Shown here: piece after piece, positions 58,535 to 64,000 of the stretch
Numbering within the stretch: the stretch's first letter is position 1
How the letters are laid out: every line of letters begins with the position of its first letter
From: the human T2T-CHM13v2.0 reference genome, Homo sapiens
Strand: one strand, 5' to 3'
NCBI RefSeq assembly: GCF_009914755.1
Contig: NC_060934.1
DNA length: 64,000 nucleotides
The notes under the pieces: generated by a model
Database searches by the model: none
What the model was told of the DNA's origin: nothing
What the model saw: the letters and a program-made list of their open reading frames with translations, nothing else
Made by a program: the position numbers and the translations under genes

Positions 58535-59530
58535 ACAATATGGCATATTTAAATCCAAATGCAAATATAAATATACTACATGCATACAATATAAATATAC
58601 CAATAAAAAGACAGATTTGCAGAACAGAATTGATTTTTTTAAGTGACCTAACTACTCTGTCTATAGGAAACTTATTTAAACTATAATGGTATAGGTACAC
58701 AAGAGACAAAAGAATGAAAAATATATATACCATGAAAACACTAATCAAAAGAAAATAAAAGTGCTTATATTAAAATCAGATATGTTTTAAGAAAAGAAAA
58801 TTATCAAAGGGGTGTATTAACAAAATAATAAAACAGTCAATTCATCTAGAAGACATAATAATTCTGTATATATAAAACAACAGAGCTGCAAAACACATGA
58901 AGTAAAAGCAAAAAAAAACTAAACCAAGAAGACAGATCCACAATTATAACTGAAGACTTGAACTACTCTCTCAGTAGTTGAAAGAACCACTAAACAAAAA
59001 ATCAGTTATAATACAGAAGAACTGCATAACATCATCAATCAATAGAATGTAATTGACATTTATAGAAGACCTAATAACAACAGAGCACACATTATTTTCA
59101 TGCATACATGAGATGTTAACTAAAATAGGCCATATCTTTAGGTTATAAAACACACCTTGAAAATGTGAAAGAATCTTCACTGAACTGAAGAGTGAAAAGA
59201 AAATAATAAAAATTAGAAAATGGAAGGGAATATAAACCAGATGAAGTTTGTCCTCTGACAATAGCGAATTCAAACTAGGAATCAAAAATGGGAAGATAAG
59301 AGAAAACTATCAAAACACTTGGAAATTAAACACATTTCTAAATAATCTATGAGTCAATAATAAAATCTCAGGGCAAATAAATGTACTTAACTGATTAAAA
59401 ATATAACATGTCAAAATATGTAGGATGTAGCTATAGCATTGCTTAAAAGGAAATTTAACATATTAAGTGCCTCTATTAGAAAGGAAAAAAGGTCTCAAAG
59501 TAAGAATCTAAGTCACCATCTAAGAAGCAA
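58535..59530 (+). mobile_element. Old L1M ORF2 endonuclease-region fragment
   Basis: 'caataaaaagacagatt', 'aattgacatttatagaa', 'ggaaattaaacacatttctaaataatc'. Confidence 0.75.
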
Positions 59531-59532
59531 AA

Positions 59533-60654
59533 GGAGGGAGCCTCAAGATTGATGACTAAAGGCATTTGGCACTCACCTCCTTCACAAAGAAGAACCAAAA
59601 TAGCAACTAGATGATCACACTTTGAATAGAGAATCTAAAAGACAACACTGAAATTCTACAGAGAAGTGAAAGAAGACACCTGAGTCACAGAAGGAGATGA
59701 AAACAAAGCATCAGCTGGCAAGATCAGATGGTAGCCTGGAGATGCTCCCTAGTGCAAGGAAAAGGTAAGTGAGAGATCCACAATGGTTCAGATTCCCACC
59801 ACAGACTCTTAGAATTCCAACCATGGGATATCCCCTCAATCATCAAGAATTCTGAGACTAAGGATCTGCCTGGAGTTTGCATGACAACATTGCTCTAAAG
59901 AGGGAGTCCAGGCTGGGCCTCACACCCCCTGAGACCCAAGCAGCCACAGCACAGCACCATTTTGAAAGCCCAGACTCCATCGGACTTCATCCTGTCCTGG
60001 AGCTCAACAACCCCTGCATCTCCACAACACTGGAGCCCCACTGACATCCCCACATGTCTACCCCAAGAGCTTCAGTGGCTTAACAGAGTTGTACCCAGCA
60101 ATGGGGAAGGGTCCCCAGCCCTATAGCCTACACAGCATTCTGTATCTTGGGGAACAGGCTGTGCAGTGTCCTCGGGAGGCTTCCCCATAACAAAGTGAAC
60201 CAAGGCATTTGCTCAGAGAGCTTCAAAGCCACCTGCCTGTGGCAACTACTACTGACAGTAACCTACCCATCCTCTCAGCAGTAGGGTTACTATGAACTTG
60301 TGCATGCCTGGAAGACAGGTTCTCCTTGATCACCACCTATCCAGTCAGTGCAGCCACCACAGAGGGCCAAAGTGCATGTTCCTCAGATCCTAAAAAACAA
60401 CTAACAAAGGCTGTTGCCACTGAAAATGACTCTGCCTCCCCCAACAGCAGAGCTGCAACACACTTGCACATGAACTGAAGACAGGCTCTCCTTGCCTGCT
60501 ACTGTCACTGACATTTCAATCCAAACAAGTTGCATGGGAATCACCCCACATTGTCCACCATAGCATGTGTCCATGCATAGAATTGGAAAACCTAAGGACA
60601 GGCCTGCTTGGCCTGTAACAACTGATCTCCCCGCAACAGCTTGAGCATACTTCC
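59533..60654 (+). mobile_element. L1M (L1MA-type) 5'UTR, interrupted by THE1
   Basis: 'ctcaagattgatgacta...cacctccttcacaaagaagaaccaaaatagc...atcacactttgaatag'; C-rich body. Confidence 0.6.
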
Positions 60655-62154
60655 TGATATGGTTTGGCTGTGTCCCTGCCCAAATTTCTTCTTAAATTGT
60701 AGTTTTCATAATCCCCACATGTGGTGGGAGGGATGCAGCAGGAGGCAATAAAATCATAATGGCAGTTATTCTCATGCTATTCTCATAATAGTGAGTTCTC
60801 ACGATGGTTTAATAAGGGGCTTCCCCTTTTGCTCAGTTCTCATTCTCCTCTCTCCTGCTGCTTTGTGAGCAAAGATGTGTTTGCTTCCCCTTCTGCCATA
60901 ATGGTAGGTTTCCTGAGGCCTTTCAGCACTGCAGAAATGTGAGTCAAATAAACCTCTTTCCTTTATAAATTACCCAGTCTTGGCTATGTCCTTACAACAG
61001 CATGAGAATGAATTAATACAGTAAATTGGTACCAGGAGTGGGGTGTTGCTGTAAAGATACCCAAAAATGTAGAAGTGACTTTGAAACTGGGCAACAAGCA
61101 GAGGTTGGAACAGTTTGGAGGGCTCAGAGAAGCACAGAAATATGTGGAAAGGTTTGGAACTTCCTAGAGATTTGGAGGGCTCAGAAGACAGGAAGATGTG
61201 GGAAAGTTTGGAACTTCCTAGAGACTCATTGAATGGCTTTGACCAAAATGCTGATAGTAATATGGACAATGAAGTTCAGGCTGAGGTGGTCTCAGATGGA
61301 AAGGAGAAATTTCTTGGGAAATGGAGCAATGATGACTCTTGCTATGCCTTAGAAAAGAGACTGCCAGCATTTTGCACTTGCCCTAGAGATTTGTGGAACT
61401 TTGAACTTGAGAAAGACAATTTGGGGTATCTGGCAGAAGAAATTCCTAAGTGGCAAAGCACTCAAGAGGAAGCAGAGCATAAATGTTGGGAAAATTTCCA
61501 GCCTGGTGATGTGATAGAAAAGGAAAAAAAACTCCTGAGCTCAGTCAGTCCTCCTACCTCGGCCTCCCAAAGTGCTAGGATTACAGGCATGAGCCACCAT
61601 GCCTGGGCAACACAGCAAAACCCCATCTCTACCAAAATACAAAAAATTAGCCAGGCATGGCAGTGTGCACCTGTGGTTCCAGCAACTTGGAAGAGGCAGA
61701 AGAATTTCTTGAACCCAGGAGGCAGAGGTTTCAGTGAGTCAAGATTGTGCCACTGCACTCCAGCCTGGACAACACAGTGAGACTCTGTCTCCAAAAAGAA
61801 AAAACAAAAAAATTTCTAAGAAGTCATTCAAGCCTGCTGCAGAAATTTACATAAGTAACAAAGAGCTAAATATTAATCACCAAGACAATAAGGAAAATGT
61901 CTCAAGGCATGTCAGAGACCTTCACAGCAGCCTCTCCCATCAGAGTCCTGAGGTCCTAGGAGGAAAAAATAATGGTACTGTGGGCTGGGCCTAAGGCCCC
62001 CCTGCTCTGTGCAGCCTCAGGACATGGTGCCCAGCATCCCAGCTGCTCAGCTCCAGCCATGGCTAAAAGGGGCCAAGGTATAGTTCAGGCCATGGCTTCA
62101 GAGGGTGCAAGCCCCAAGCCATGGTGCCTTATACGAGATATGGGGCCTGTGGGT
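60655..62154 (+). mobile_element. THE1 (C/D-like): 5' LTR 60655-61020 plus internal region, 3' truncated, containing an Alu
   Basis: 'tgatatggtttggctgtgtcc...aattaataca' followed by 'gtaaattggtacca'. Confidence 0.92.
61529..61810 (+). mobile_element. Alu with inverted 5' segment (61529-61606 antisense, remainder sense)
   Basis: 'aactcctgagctcag...ggcctcccaaagtgctaggattacaggcatgagccaccatgcctgg' joined to 'gcaacacagcaaaaccccatctctac...gagactctgtctc' plus A tail. Confidence 0.9.
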
Positions 62155-64000
62155 CACCCCTTCACAGGCTAGCAGGAAAGAGAATGAGTGCCATCAGGGC
62201 AAATGACAGATGCTTATAAAACCATCAGATCTTGTGAGACTCACTCATTATCACAAGAACAGCATAGGAGGAAATTGCCCCCATTATACAATTACTTCCA
62301 CCTGGTCCCACACTTGACACATGAAGATTTTTCCAATTCAAGGTGAGATTTGCATGGGGACACAGAGCCAAACCGTACTATTCCACCGCTAGTCCTTCCC
62401 AAATCTCATGTACTCATATTTTAAAACACAATTGTGCCATTTCAACAGTCCTCCAAAGTCCTAACTCATTCCAGCATTAACCCAAAGGTTCAAGTCCAAA
62501 GTCTCAACTAAGACAAGGCAAGTAAAACCAAAAGCAAGTTAGTTACTTCCTAGGTATAATGAGGGTACAGGCATTGGGTAGATACAACCATTCCCAATGG
62601 AAGAAATTGACACAAAAAAAGGGGCTGCAGGCTGCATGCAAGTCTGAAATCCAAAAGAGAAGTCATTAAACCTTAAAGTTCCACAATGATCTCCTTTGAC
62701 TCCATGTCTCACATCCAGGTCATGCTGATGCAAGAAGTGGGATATCACAGCCTTGGGCAGCTCCACCTCTGTGCCTTTACAGGGTACAAACCCTCTCCTG
62801 GCTGCTTTCATGGGTTGACTGTGAGTGCTTGTGACTTTTCTAAGCACACAGTGCAAGCTCTTGGTGGATCTACCATTCTGCAGTCTGGAGGATAGTGGCC
62901 CTCTTCTCACAGCTCCATTAGGCAGTGCCCCAGTGGGGATTGTGTGGCAGGGCTCAAACCCCACATTTCCCTTCTGCACTGCCCTAACAGAGGTTCTACA
63001 TGAGGGCTCTGCCCCTGGAGCAAAATTCTGCCTGAACATCCAGGCATTTCCATACATCCTCTAAAATCTAAGAGGAGGCCTCCCAGCCTCGATTCTTGAC
63101 TCCTGTGCAGCCACAAACCCAACACCACATGTACGTTGCAAAGGCTTGGGGCTTGCACCCTCTGAAGTAAAATCCTGAGCTGCACATTGGCCCCTTTTAG
63201 CCATGGCTGGGACTGACACACCTGGGACACAGGGCACCATGTCCTAAAGCTGCACAGAGCAGGGTGATCCTGGGCCCAGCCCATGAAAGCATTTTTCCTT
63301 CCTAGGCCTCTGGGTCTTTGATGAAAGGAGTTGATGAGAATGTCTCTTTCATGCCCTGGACACATTTCCCCATTGTTTTGGTGATTAACATTCAGCTCCT
63401 GGTTACTTATGCCAATTTCTGCAGCAGGCTTGAATTTCTCTTCAGAAAATGGGTTTTTATTTTCTATTGCACTCACAGGTTACAAATTTTCCAAACTTTT
63501 ACTCTCTGCTTTCTCTTGAACACTTTGCCACTTAGAAATTTCTTCTGCCAGTTACCCTAAATGGTTTCTCTCAAGTTCAAAGTTCCAGAGATCTCTAGCA
63601 CAGGGGAAAAGTGCTGCCATCTCTTTGCTAAAGCATAGCTAGAGTCACCATTGCTCCAGTTCCCAAGAAGTTCCACAACTCCATCTGAGACCACCTCAGC
63701 CTTGACTTCAGTGTTCATATCACCATCAGAATTTTGATCAAAGCCATTCAACAAGTCTTTAGGAAGTTCCGAACTTTCCCACATCTTCCTGTCTTCTGAG
63801 ACCCCCAAATCTCTAAGAAGTTCCAAATTTTTCCACATTTCTCTGTGCTTCTTCTGAGCCCTCTAAACTGTTCCAACCTCTTCCTGTTACCCAGTTCCAA
63901 AGTCACTTCCGCATTTTGGGGTGTCTTTATAGCAACACCCTACTCCTGGTACCAATTTACTGTATTGACCCATTTTCACACCACTACAAAGAAATACCAA
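62155..64000 (-). mobile_element. THE1D-like element: partial 3' LTR 62155-62380, internal 62381-63960, 5' LTR running off the window
   Basis: 'gagaatgagtgcca...aaatgacagatgcttataaaaccatcagatc' LTR; 'ggtaccaatttac|tgtatt' internal/LTR junction. Confidence 0.9.

Noticed and set aside
61115-61780. 221-aa ORF as a novel protein
   Set aside because: Chance read-through from THE1 internal sequence into the inverted Alu; non-ATG start.

Overview
This is a repeat-dense, AT-rich primate genomic window with no intact host gene. It is very probably human, because it carries an L1HS 3' end with the pre-Ta diagnostic bases. Most of it is layered retroelements: old L1M/L2/MIR, several ERV1 solo LTRs (MER49-, MER39-, LTR9-, MER34-, MER67/MER31- and MER4C-like), three THE1 MaLR elements, a near full-length L1MA, a 3'-deleted L1PA5/6-like element and about ten Alus. 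The only cellular-gene-derived sequence is a 5'-truncated TRIM60/TRIM75-like processed pseudogene (45706-46822). It sits inside the L1MA 5'UTR between 21-bp target-site duplications (TSDs), and its B30.2/PRYSPRY frame is still open. The best second-look items are that retrocopy, a TSD-less pre-Ta L1HS, an apparently twin-primed (5'-inverted) Alu, and two templated-insertion repair scars. I found no evidence of a new multi-gene system. Repeat subfamily names come from recalled consensus sequences, and boundaries of old elements are approximate; both need RepeatMasker/Dfam confirmation.
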